Below, one piece after another: positions 39,112-49,400 of a stretch of DNA of 64,000 bases. This stretch comes from Candidatus Cloacimonadales bacterium. Its GTDB lineage: Bacteria > Cloacimonadota > Cloacimonadia > Cloacimonadales > JAFGVF01. Location of the stretch: the NCBI GenBank assembly GCA_963662585.1, contig OY759729.1, forward strand, positions 3,168,001 to 3,232,000, given 5' to 3'. Numbering within the stretch: position 1 is the first letter of the stretch; every line of letters starts with the position of its first letter. Both the position numbers and the translations under genes were made by a program. The notes beneath the pieces were generated by a model. That model was not told the origin of the DNA and ran no database searches. It saw nothing but the letters and a program-made list of their open reading frames with translations.

Positions 39112-39341
39112 ACCAATCAGACCCCGATAATTGATTTACTATAATCATTTACCTTTGCTGAAGATGAAAGCTGATAGTTGATATCAATCAATTTGTAGAA
39201 GATATAGACTGTGATTAACTTACCTTAAAAGTGAGTGATTATGAAAATGTTACAGCAGTTATTGATGCAGTAGAGTTGGAAGTTAATGGAGTTCTTGCTG
39301 ATGGAGATAATTCTATAATTCGCAGTAGGTTTTGTAAGTAA
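39112..39341 (+). pseudogene. Decayed fragment of a cadherin-like/tandem-95 Ig repeat
   Basis: TNQTPIIDLL*SFTFAEDE / frameshift / LIVDINQFVEDIDCD*LTLKVSDYENVTAVID; two TAA stops and one frameshift. Confidence 0.6.
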
Positions 39342-39645
39342 TATGCAAAGTTCTAGTAGATTATTTGCTTTAAAGCTCGTAAAAAGAGAAAGCTTGTAGC
39401 TACTATTTTCGTCAAAATAATATTATCCTCTAAGAAATTAGACATTATTTAAAAAAATAGCTCTGTGATATAACACATTTTTAACTTTTTTACATTATGG
39501 ATATTGACTGAAAAAAGGTGTTTCAAAAAAAAAATATTAGTAATTATAGTCTAAATAATCAATAGGATAGAGAATTTGGAGAAGAAAAAAGAAAAAAATG
39601 TTCTTGACATAAAAGCCTCTCAATATTTATATGCAAAAACGATGT

Positions 39646-39722
39646 GCGCCCATAGCTCAATTGGATAGAGTGTCTGACTACGGATCAGAAGGTTAGGGGT
39701 TCGACTCCTCTTGGGCGTGCCA
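39646..39722 (+). tRNA. tRNA-Arg(ACG)
   Basis: Cloverleaf, anticodon arm TCTGA-CTACGGA-TCAGA, TTCGA, encoded CCA. Confidence 0.97.
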
Positions 39723-39796
39723 TTTTATATAGTGTGTAGAAAGTGATTTTAAGTGATTACTAAAGTAAAAAAATGAAATTTATTTCAAAAAAAAAC

Positions 39797-39824
39797 TTGA
39801 CAGAAAATCACGGTTTTATAAATT
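39797..39824 (+). promoter_or_regulatory. sigma70 promoter for tRNA cluster
   Basis: A-tract, TTGACA - 16 bp - TAAATT; a second TTGACA at 39604 precedes tRNA-Arg(ACG). Confidence 0.55.
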
Positions 39825-39837
39825 GATAAAACATTGA

Positions 39838-39914
39838 CGCGAGATGGAGCAGTTTGGTAGCTCGTCGGGCTCATAACCCGAAGGCCGGAGGTTCAAATCC
39901 TCCTCTCGCTACCA
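39838..39914 (+). tRNA. Initiator tRNA-fMet(CAT)
   Basis: C1:T72 mismatch, GGG/CCC anticodon stem, CAT, CCA. Confidence 0.97.
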
Positions 39915-39919
39915 TAAAT

Positions 39920-39996
39920 GGCGGCATAGCTCAGTTGGTTAGAGCACTGGAATCATAATCCAGGTGTCCGGGGTCCGAGTCCCTGTGCCGCTACCA
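39920..39996 (+). tRNA. tRNA-Met(CAT), elongator type, with atypical T-loop TCCGAGT
   Basis: GGCGGCA/TGCCGCT acceptor, CTGGA-ATCATAA-TCCAG, CCA. Confidence 0.88.
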
Positions 39997-40011
39997 TTTT
40001 TTTTATTATGT

Positions 40012-40088
40012 GCGCCGTTAGCTCAGCTGGATAGAGCATCGCCCTTCTAAGGCGAGGGTCAAAGGTTCGAATCCTTTACGGCGTACCA
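40012..40088 (+). tRNA. tRNA-Arg(TCT)
   Basis: TCGCC-CTTCTAA-GGCGA, TTCGAAT, CCA. Confidence 0.97.
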
Positions 40089-40127
40089 CTTTATCAATGT
40101 ATCTAAAAATCATTAAATAATAATTAC

Positions 40128-40204
40128 GGTGGCTGTAGTTCAATTGGCAGAGCACATGATTGTGGTTCATGTTGTCGTGGGTTCGAGCCCCATCAGCCAC
40201 CCCA
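40128..40204 (+). tRNA. tRNA-His(GTG)
   Basis: G-1, CATGA-TTGTGGT-TCATG, C73-CCA. Confidence 0.97.
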
Positions 40205-40226
40205 TTTTTATTTTTTTCACAATTGT

Positions 40227-40303
40227 CGCGAGATGGAGCAGTTTGGTAGCTCGTCGGGCTCATAACCCGAAGGCCGGAGGTTCAAATCCTCCTCTCGCTA
40301 CCA
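40227..40303 (+). tRNA. Initiator tRNA-fMet(CAT), identical second copy
   Basis: Identical to 39838-39914. Confidence 0.97.
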
Positions 40304-40971
40304 ATAAGACACAAACAAAAATATTTACTTCAATCTATTACTTTTTCCTAAAGAAAGATATCCTAAAAATCCTCTTAAACTCTTATTAGATAAAGATCTA
40401 AATACTCTGCAAAATTCTACATTCCAATTATAAGTGTAGAAAAAAAACAACAAATTTCAAGCAAAAATCTAATATATATTTCATTATTTCTGCTAATGAA
40501 TTATATTTTAGTTATCTTTTACTCCTATATTTAAAAACACCATCCCTAAAAAGATAGATTTGAAATCTAACAAATCTATTTTATTATCTTACTTAAAGAA
40601 ATAAATAAGGCTTCAATTGATAGATTTAGATTCTCTAGGTCTTGGAAATTTCTTACTCTTCTTAAATACAACTTTGACCAATCAATATCTGTAACTTGCA
40701 ATCTAAAAATCATATACAAGCTTAAGTATTGAACTTTAAAGATAATTGAGGCTAATAAATAAATCTAAATAAGTGTCTTTTTATTTGTTTAGATTTCAGT
40801 AATTATTAGATTGGGCATAATCGATAATCCTTAATTAACAGAAAATATACAATATTGAAAAAAAAATCTTGCCAAAAAAAAATAGAGATGTTTAATTTGT
40901 CTAATTTATTGAAATAATTTGCTACCACCATAGCAAATTGTTGTAGGAAATAGGGAAATTCTACAACATTG

Positions 40972-40995
40972 AGCACAACCCAAAATTAAGGAAAA
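40972..40995 (+). promoter_or_regulatory. Conserved 24-nt leader motif AGCACAACCCAAAATTAAGGAAAA, copy 1
   Basis: Identical at 46399-46422 while flanks differ. Confidence 0.6.
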
Positions 40996-41018
40996 CTATT
41001 AAATTTTAAGGAGTGACT

Positions 41019-44000
41019 ATGCGAAAGAAATTAATGATGATTTTAACATTATTAGTACTAATTGTTTCATTAAGTGCTATCTTTGTTGAAGTTGGCAGTG
41101 GAACAGAAACAACAAGCTACATCCCAGCTTATGGCTGGTATGATTATGGTTGGTCAAGAACAATTTATTTATCAACAGATTTGCTTAACGAAATGGAGAT
41201 AAATACCATAAGTTATAATGTCAATAATACACCAAACAATTATGAGATGTTAAACCAATCTTTTTATATTAAACATACTACAGAAGATAATATTACTTCT
41301 ATCGGCTATATAGATCCAACAACTGATGACAGTTATGAACTAGTCTTTTCAGGTGATCTTACTTACAATGGCACAGGATGGTATGATATTATTTTAGATA
41401 CTCCATTTAGTTATAATGGTACTGATAACTTAGAAATATTAGTCATCAATAATGATGGCTCTTATGTAACTGGACAACCTGTTTTTACAGGAACTTCTGT
41501 TACTCCAGAAAGAGCTGTTTATAAATATGCTGATGCCACTTTCCCAGCAGTCGATGGTACTTTATCGGCGATTTATCCTAACACAAGGTTCCACTTCAGT
41601 GCTGAAAATGAACCAAATATCCCTGTCTTAGTAACTCCTACTAATAATAGCTTTAATGTTAGCTCTCCTGTTGAACTAACCTGGACAAATGGTGAAGACA
41701 CTGATTGGGTAAAAGTATATTTTGGTGATGATTTAAGTCTTGTTGGTTCGATGGATGAAACTACTTTATTAGAAGATAACTATGCTCAGCAGACTCTATC
41801 TGTTGATGACTTAACATCCCTAACAACATATTACTGGAGAATTGTTGCAGGTAACGATATTACTGAATTATTAGCTTCATCTCCTATCTGGAGCTTTACT
41901 ACAAGTGCTGCTGAAGGGTCTATTGTCATTGGTAATGGAACTGCAGTAGATACTCACATTCCACTAGAACCTTTTTATGGATATACAGTTTCCCAAACTA
42001 TCTATAATCAAGAGTGGTTAAATGTGGAAAACCAAAGAATCGAAGCAATTGCTTACTATTATAATGGTGGCAGTGCTTGGACAGAAGATAATATTCAAGT
42101 ATATTTAAGTCATACTGATTTAGATTCCTTTGCTGATGGTGAATCATGGTTACCGATTGGCGATTTTGTACTTGTTTATGACGGACCTTTCACTGTTCCT
42201 GCTGAAGAAGGTTGGGTCTCCATACCTTTAACTGTACCTTTTAATTATAATAACGAACAGAACTTGGTAATAGCATTTGAATCTAATACTCAAGGCTATT
42301 TTGGTTCTGGTGATGATTTTTTTGGCTCAACAACAACTCTAGCTAATAGTATCTATCATTATAATGATGGAACTAATTATGATTTCATAACACCACCAAC
42401 GGGTACAGTCCAAAATTTCATTGCAAATGTTCTTTTAACTATGGGAGATATCCCAACTACTCCACAACTGATGGTTACCCCTGAAGAATATGATTGGAAT
42501 GATACAATTATCAATACAACCACTTATGCTACTACTTTCTCAATGAGAAATACTGGGCTTGGTGCTTTAACAATTAATAGTGTTTCAATAGATCAAGATG
42601 TAGATTTTATCTTCACTGATAATAATACTTACCCTATTGATATTACTAGCAATGTTGTACAATTCACTGTAGCTTTTAATCCACAAAGTGTTGGAGATTT
42701 TGAAGCTAATATCACTATCAATGATGCTGAAATTGGTGATACTGTTATTCCTTTAACAGGTAGCGGTTATGATGCCATGATCTATGATTTCCCTCATTTT
42801 GAAGGTTTTGAAGATGTAGAGAGTGGTCTGTTACCACAAGATTGGTCAGCAGTTGTTGAAAATGCTGATACTTATTCAGCAGTTGGAGTCAATACTTATG
42901 GTGGATTTGAAAGTAACAGTACTCTTAGACTGTATAATTCATCCACACTAGCTCCAGAGCTTTACGCGATCACACCTCCTGTCAATGATTTAGCTTCGAA
43001 TAGAATTAGATTTATGGCAAAAGGTTCGTCTGATGGTGCTCAACTTATCATTGGAACTACAGAAAATAATATAGGCGAATTGAATTTTACTGCCCGCGAT
43101 ACAATTACATGTAGTACTGTTTGGACACAATTCGTTCATAATTTTGATGGCGTTGATGAAGATGCAAGCTTCATAGGCTTGAAATATTTAGGTACAGGTA
43201 GTACTTATGTAACTGTATATGTTGATAATTTCTTTATTGAGCAAATTCCTACTGGACCAGCTATTGTAGTAACTCAAGATACTCTCAATTTCGGTGATGT
43301 CTATCTTAACAGAAATGGTGTTGCTCACTTGACAGTTGAAAACTGGGGTGTTACTCCACTTGAAATTGAAATGACTTCAACAGGAACAGAACTTGATTTT
43401 AATCCTAGCACAGCAACTATTGCTCCAGAGACTAGTCAAATTATAACAGTTAATTTAACACCAGAAGCTGAAGGCGCATATTCAGGAACTTTTGAAGTAC
43501 TTTCAAATGATACTAATATTCCATCAATAACTCTTGCTACAACTGCTTTCATTTTACCTCCTCTACCAGAGAACATTGCAGTAATTGGTACTGGAACTGC
43601 AACAAATCTTAGTATGCCTGTTGAACCTTATTATGGTTACACTTATTCACAAGTAATCTACTATGCTGGTGAAATTGGTATTCAAGGTCAAAGAATTGAA
43701 AAGATTAGCTGGCATTATAATGGTAATTCAGCTTGGGGTCCTGATGATTTTATTATCTATATGGGACATACTACTATGACTGAATTTGCCAATAATACTG
43801 ACTGGATTGATATTTCTGAATTCATGGAAGTTTATAATGGAACTTTAACAACAACTGCTGAAGATGGTTGGATTGAATTTGAATTAGATATTCCTTTTGT
43901 TTATGATAACACTCAGAACTTAGTTGTTGCTGTAGAAGAAAATACTCAAGGATACCATGGCTCAGCTGATGAATTCTACTGTACTACTTCAAGCTCAACT

Positions 44001-46031
44001 AGAGGTATTGTCTATTATAGCGATGGAACTAATCCTGACCCTATAGCACCTCCTGCTGCAAATTATATGAGAGATGCTTTTGCTAATATTACTTTAGAGT
44101 TTGGTGAAATCCCTGATGCTCCAGACTTAACAGTATATCCAATCAACTCTATTTTCGAAATGACTCCTGTAGATGGAACTTCTTTAGAAAAGAATATCAC
44201 AATGAGATCTATCGGTCTTCAAGATGTAACAATAGCTAGTGCTCCTACTATTTCTGGAGAAGATGCTGATCAATTTACTATCACAACCGATAATAATACT
44301 TATCCATTAGTATTGCCTTTCAATGATATAGCTACTATTGGTGTTTCCTTAACTCCAACTTCTGAAGGAAGCAAGAATGCAACTATCCAAATTATTGATA
44401 ATGCAACTCGTGTTACTCATGAAGTAAGTATTAGTGGCTATGCTTATGCTGATGACGGTAACGATATACCTAATACAGCTACAACTCTCACTCTTCCAGT
44501 AGAAGGAGATACTTATGCAATAATGCCAATTGGTGATATCGATTGGTATAAAATTCCTGCAATGGGTATTGGTGATACTTTATTAGCTTCTGTTGAAGAT
44601 GCTGGTGGAACAAGTGTAAGTGCTTCAATGTGGCTCTATGGACCTTTTGCAGATCCAAATGAAATTGTTCCTGCAACATTCCTTGATAATGGTTCAAGTA
44701 TTGACTTCGTTTTACCTCAAAGTGGTGACTATTACTTAAGAGTTGCAAAATCTAATGTTTACCCTCAAGGGGTGAATGCTCCTCTTAACAGAAAAAGAGA
44801 AAATGGTGATTTAGAAAGATTAGTTAGAGAAGACACAGGATTGTATAATCTATATGTTGATGCTAATTATAACTATTCATTCAATGCTCCTCTTACTTTA
44901 GCTGCAGCTAATCAATCAGGTTATGTTGAATTAACTTGGGTTGAGCCTCCTTATGAAAGATATCTAATTGGCTATAATGTTTATAGAGATGGTGCTGTAA
45001 TTACAGAAGAGATGATTCCTATCGGAACAAATCTCTATCATGATGCTGAAGTTGTAGTTGGTACAGAGTACGATTATTATGTTGTCGGAATGTATGAAGA
45101 TCCTGATGGATTCTCTTTACCTTCTAATATAGAAACTATTATTTATTATAATCTCGGAACTCCTTTATGGGGTGATGATTTTGAAGAACATCCTGATTTT
45201 GCTCTAAATATGCCAAACTGGATTCAATATGATGAAGATGGTGGAAATACTTATAGTATTACAGATGTTGAGTTTGAAAATGCTGGAGAACCAATGTCTT
45301 ACATGGTATTCAATCCTGCTTCAACTACTCCACCTGTAGAAGATATGATTCCACAAAGTGGAAGTAAGTTTATCACTTCATTTGCTTCAACAGAAGGTGT
45401 GAATGATGATTGGTTAATTTCTCCAGCTATTACTGTTGGAACAACTACAGTTGTATCATTCTATGCTAAGAGTTATACTGCTGATTATGGCTTAGAAAGA
45501 TTCGCAGTTAAGATGTCTCTTGGAGGTTCTGAAATAAGTAACTTCCAATACTCACTTCATCAAGGTGTTGAATATTTAGAAGCTCCAACAGAATGGACTC
45601 TTTATCATTTCAATGTTAGTGCCTTAACTGGTACCACAGTTAGATTCGCTATACAATGTGTTTCTGCTGATGCTTTCATCTTTATGGTAGATAACTTTAG
45701 AGTTGATTCTACAGATGATGGAGTAGATAATGAAGAAGTTGAAGATATTCCACAAGTTAATGCTTTAGCTCAAAACTATCCTAATCCATTCAATCCTGAA
45801 ACATCAATAGCTTTCAGTATGAAAGAAGCTGGTCGTGTAACAGTTGATGTCTACAATGTTAAAGGACAGAAGGTTAAAACTCTCGTAGATGAGTATAGAC
45901 AAGCTGGAAACCATAGCGTTGTTTGGAATGGTAGAGATGAAAATAATAGTAAAGTTGCTTCAGGCGTCTATTTCTACAAAATGAGAAATGGCAAATTTAG
46001 TTCAACTAAGAAAATGATTCTTATGAAATAA
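41019..46031 (+). CDS. Giant secreted adhesin-like protein A (repeated GxGT..P..YYGY..SQ domains, choice-of-anchor D/ASH Ig domains, FN3-like, cleaved-adhesin/choice-of-anchor J domain, T9SS-type CTD)
   Basis: Signal peptide MRKKLMMILTLLVLIVSLSA (ATG 41019 after AGGAG); MRNTGLGALTI, DDWLISP, FAIQCVSADAFIFMVDNF, QNYPNPFNPET...KKMILMK. Confidence 0.85.
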   Translation: MRKKLMMILTLLVLIVSLSAIFVEVGSGTETTSYIPAYGWYDYGWSRTIYLSTDLLNEMEINTISYNVNNTPNNYEMLNQSFYIKHTTEDNITSIGYIDPTTDDSYELVFSGDLTYNGTGWYDIILDTPFSYNGTDNLEILVINNDGSYVTGQPVFTGTSVTPERAVYKYADATFPAVDGTLSAIYPNTRFHFSAENEPNIPVLVTPTNNSFNVSSPVELTWTNGEDTDWVKVYFGDDLSLVGSMDETTLLEDNYAQQTLSVDDLTSLTTYYWRIVAGNDITELLASSPIWSFTTSAAEGSIVIGNGTAVDTHIPLEPFYGYTVSQTIYNQEWLNVENQRIEAIAYYYNGGSAWTEDNIQVYLSHTDLDSFADGESWLPIGDFVLVYDGPFTVPAEEGWVSIPLTVPFNYNNEQNLVIAFESNTQGYFGSGDDFFGSTTTLANSIYHYNDGTNYDFITPPTGTVQNFIANVLLTMGDIPTTPQLMVTPEEYDWNDTIINTTTYATTFSMRNTGLGALTINSVSIDQDVDFIFTDNNTYPIDITSNVVQFTVAFNPQSVGDFEANITINDAEIGDTVIPLTGSGYDAMIYDFPHFEGFEDVESGLLPQDWSAVVENADTYSAVGVNTYGGFESNSTLRLYNSSTLAPELYAITPPVNDLASNRIRFMAKGSSDGAQLIIGTTENNIGELNFTARDTITCSTVWTQFVHNFDGVDEDASFIGLKYLGTGSTYVTVYVDNFFIEQIPTGPAIVVTQDTLNFGDVYLNRNGVAHLTVENWGVTPLEIEMTSTGTELDFNPSTATIAPETSQIITVNLTPEAEGAYSGTFEVLSNDTNIPSITLATTAFILPPLPENIAVIGTGTATNLSMPVEPYYGYTYSQVIYYAGEIGIQGQRIEKISWHYNGNSAWGPDDFIIYMGHTTMTEFANNTDWIDISEFMEVYNGTLTTTAEDGWIEFELDIPFVYDNTQNLVVAVEENTQGYHGSADEFYCTTSSSTRGIVYYSDGTNPDPIAPPAANYMRDAFANITLEFGEIPDAPDLTVYPINSIFEMTPVDGTSLEKNITMRSIGLQDVTIASAPTISGEDADQFTITTDNNTYPLVLPFNDIATIGVSLTPTSEGSKNATIQIIDNATRVTHEVSISGYAYADDGNDIPNTATTLTLPVEGDTYAIMPIGDIDWYKIPAMGIGDTLLASVEDAGGTSVSASMWLYGPFADPNEIVPATFLDNGSSIDFVLPQSGDYYLRVAKSNVYPQGVNAPLNRKRENGDLERLVREDTGLYNLYVDANYNYSFNAPLTLAAANQSGYVELTWVEPPYERYLIGYNVYRDGAVITEEMIPIGTNLYHDAEVVVGTEYDYYVVGMYEDPDGFSLPSNIETIIYYNLGTPLWGDDFEEHPDFALNMPNWIQYDEDGGNTYSITDVEFENAGEPMSYMVFNPASTTPPVEDMIPQSGSKFITSFASTEGVNDDWLISPAITVGTTTVVSFYAKSYTADYGLERFAVKMSLGGSEISNFQYSLHQGVEYLEAPTEWTLYHFNVSALTGTTVRFAIQCVSADAFIFMVDNFRVDSTDDGVDNEEVEDIPQVNALAQNYPNPFNPETSIAFSMKEAGRVTVDVYNVKGQKVKTLVDEYRQAGNHSVVWNGRDENNSKVASGVYFYKMRNGKFSSTKKMILMK

Positions 46032-46035
46032 AAAA

Positions 46036-46116
46036 CTAGGAATTCCCACTGAGAGCGCCTTCATTTTGAAGGCATCTTAAATGGGAAGCCTTGCATCTTT
46101 GCAGGCATTGTCCTAG
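46036..46116 (+). other. Multi-stem structured 3' UTR element (second copy 52248-52328)
   Basis: CTAGGA/TCCTAG enclosing TTCCCA..GCCTTCA-ttt-TGAAGGC..TGGGAA and GCCTTGCA..TGCAGGC. Confidence 0.55.
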
Positions 46117-46129
46117 ATACAAATATGAA

Positions 46130-46157
46130 AGCCCTACAGAAATGTGGGGCTATTTTT
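46130..46157 (+). terminator. Intrinsic terminator
   Basis: AGCCCTACA-gaaa-TGTGGGGCT-ATTTTT. Confidence 0.85.
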
Positions 46158-46398
46158 ATTTAAAAGAAAGTGCAGTAGATTATTACTGCTAAATTCAATA
46201 AAAACAATAATAGTTGATATATAGGTATAATTTTTGCATATATTTATAGTAGTAAGCAAGTTGATTACATAAAGTTAAAAGATGTAAAAAAAACTTGTCA
46301 AAAAATTATAGAAAATGTTATTTTGCGAATGAAATACTCTATAGATTTAAAATAAGTTATAGATAAGCTATATTTATTCTATAGAAATTAGTTATATA

Positions 46399-46422
46399 AG
46401 CACAACCCAAAATTAAGGAAAA
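46399..46422 (+). promoter_or_regulatory. Conserved 24-nt leader motif, copy 2
   Basis: Identical to 40972-40995. Confidence 0.6.
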
Positions 46423-46441
46423 AAAGACAAAAGGAGTGACT

Positions 46442-49400
46442 ATGCGAAAGAAATTATTTTTCGTAACGATTTTGATGTTACTGATGGCATCGTTAAGTGC
46501 TATCTATGTGGAAATAGGAACAGGAACTACAACCACCAATTATATTCCAGCCTATGGATTTTATGATTATGGTTGGTCTCGATCAATTTATCTCCAATCT
46601 GAACTAATCAATGAAATGGAGATTACCACAATTAGCTACAATGTTGGAAATACACCAGCAGGCTATATTATGGAAAATCAATCTTATTATATTAAACACA
46701 CTACCGACTCTTCAATTACTTCTACAGACTATGTTGACCCTACCACAGATGATTCTTATGAATTAGTCTTTTCGGGAAACATAACTTATAATGGTGGCGG
46801 ATGGCATGATATAATTTTAGATACAGCCTTTGATTATAATGGTACTGATAATTTAGAAATATTAGTTATTAATAATGATGGTTCTTATACAACTGGTTAT
46901 CCAAACTTTTATACAAGCCCTGCAACTCCTGAAAGAGCTGTATATAAATATGCAGACAACACTTTCCCAACCACTGCAGGAACATTATTTGCTGGATATC
47001 CAAATATTAGATTCCATTTTACTGCAGAAGGTGAGCCTAATATGGCTACTTTGACAGCACCAGAAAATAATAGCTTCAGTCTCGAAGCTCCTATCGATTT
47101 AACATGGACTAATGGAGAGAATACCGATTGGGTAAAAGTCTATTTTAGTTCTCTTGCTGAAGAAGTTGCAACAATGGATGCAAATGCTTTGCTTGCAGAT
47201 AACTATACTCAACAATCTTATACTGTTGATGATTTAGACGCCTTAACAACTTATTATTGGAAAATTGTTTCTGGTAATAATACTACTGAATTTCTTGCCT
47301 CTACTTCAGTTTGGAGTTTTACTACTAGTGCAGCTGATGGTTCAATCGTAATTGGTAATGGGCAAGAAATAAATACCCATTTACCTATGGAACCATATTA
47401 TGGATATACTATATCTCAATCTATTTATGATCAAGAATGGCTTAATGTTGATGATCAAAGAATTGAGCAAGTATCCTATTATTATAATGGTAACAGTGCT
47501 TGGACTGAAGATAATGTTCAAGTTTATCTAGGTCATACTGAATTAGATGAATTCTCAGATGGTAGCTCATGGTTACCTCTTAGTGATTTAGTGCTTGTTT
47601 ATGACGGACCTTTAAGTGTAACAACTGAAGAAGGTTGGGTAACTATTCCTCTTACAGTTCCTTTTAACTATAACAATACAGATAATTTAGTTATAGCTTT
47701 TGAATCAAATACGCAAGGTTACTCTTCTTCAGGTGATGAATTTTATGGTACAACTACTAATGGCAACAAAAGTTTATGGTATTATTCAGACTCTGTAAAT
47801 AGTGATTTTATTACTCCTGCAGATGGAACAATTACCAGCGTAATACCTAATATTTTGCTAACAATGGGTGATATTCCTACAACTCCTCAATTGATGGTAA
47901 CTCCTGATGAGTATAGCTGGGAAAACACAATTATTCATACATCAGCTAATACTGTAACATTCTCAATGAGAAATACAGGTTTAGGTATTTTAGGTATTAA
48001 TAGTGTAACAATAGATCAAGATGTTGATTTTATCTTAACAGATAACAACACTTACCCTTTAAGTATTACTGATGAAGTTGCTCAATTTACTGTTACTTTC
48101 CATCCTCTTACAGTTGGGGATTTTGAAGCTAACATCACTATCAATGACGCTGAAATTGGTGATACAGTTATTCCTCTTACAGGTACTGGTTATGATGCAA
48201 TGATCTATGACTTCCCTCATTTAGAAGGTTTCGAAGATACTGCAGTTGGTGAATTACCTCAAGATTGGAATAGAATAATTAACAGCACTAATGCTTATAC
48301 AACTGTTGCGGTTATCGCTTCCAATCCTTATGAAGGTGCTCAATCTTTAAGATTCTATAATTCATCAGATTTAGAAGCAGAAGTGTTTGCAATTACACCT
48401 CCTATCTCAGGTTTAACAACCAAAAGAATTAGATTCCAAGCTAAAGCTTCAGATGAAAATACTGAATTGAAAATTGGTGTATGTGATTCTAATAATGATA
48501 TGGAGAATTTTGAAGAAATTCAAACCCTTACCTTAACCACTGAATATCAAGAGTATTTTGTTAGTCTTAATGTTGAAGATGACAGTAATCAATTTATTGT
48601 TTTTAGAGCAGATTCTTTCTTGAATACTTATGACTATATCTATATTGATGATATCTCTATTGAAGAAATGCCAACAGGTCCTGTTACTTTGATAACACCA
48701 CTTGCATGGGATTACCCTGAAACAATACTCAATTCATCTTCACAAGCTATTTTCAACATTCGTAACATTGGTTTTGGAACATTAACTATCAATAGTATAG
48801 TTCTTGATCAAGAAACTGATTTTATCCTTGTTGATGAAAATGAATATCCTTTAGAAATTACTAGTCAGATAGTTCCTATTGGTGTTAATTTTCACCCTCT
48901 AACAGAAGGTGATTTTACTGCTAACTTAACTATTACTGATAGTGAGGGAACAGCAACTGTAATACCACTCACAGGAACAGGCTATGACGCCATGATCTAT
49001 GACTTCCCTCATTTTGAAGGGTTTGAAGATTATGAAACTAATGCTATACCACAAGATTGGTCTGTAGTAACAAACAGCACTTCTACTTATGCTACAGCAA
49101 ATGTTTTTACAACTGCTTATGAGGGAACTAAAGGATTTAGATTCTATAACTCAGCTGACCCAGAAGCAGAAATTACTGCTCTTACTCCTCCAGTTAATGA
49201 TTTAACTTCAAGAAGAATTAGATTTATGGGTAAGGCCTCTACTGCAGGTGTTGGTCTAATAATTGGAACAGCTAGTAATAATAGCGGTGATATTAACTTT
49301 ACAGCTCGAGATACTGTATATTTCACAACTGATTTCATGCAATTCCAACATGGTTTTGCAGATGCTAATGAAGATGATCAATTTATAGCACTCAAATTCC

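Larger units (their letters stand above)
43536..46158 (+). repeat. About 2.6-kb near-identical direct repeat, copy 1
   Basis: Matches 49748-52370 at constant offset 6212; roughly 30-35 substitutions and no indels by manual comparison. Confidence 0.92.

Noticed and set aside
40018..40389. ORFs 40018-40263(-) and 40129-40389(+)
   Set aside because: They overlap tRNA genes and are shadow ORFs.
40550..40800. AT-rich inverted repeats (ATAGATTTG/CAAATCTAT; AAATCTAAA/TTTAGATTT)
   Set aside because: Expected by chance at this AT content; no second locus or functional context.
46043..46087. Hammerhead-like core CTGAGAG in the 3' UTR structure
   Set aside because: No GAAA after the stem, and the second copy changes the core to CTGGGAG.
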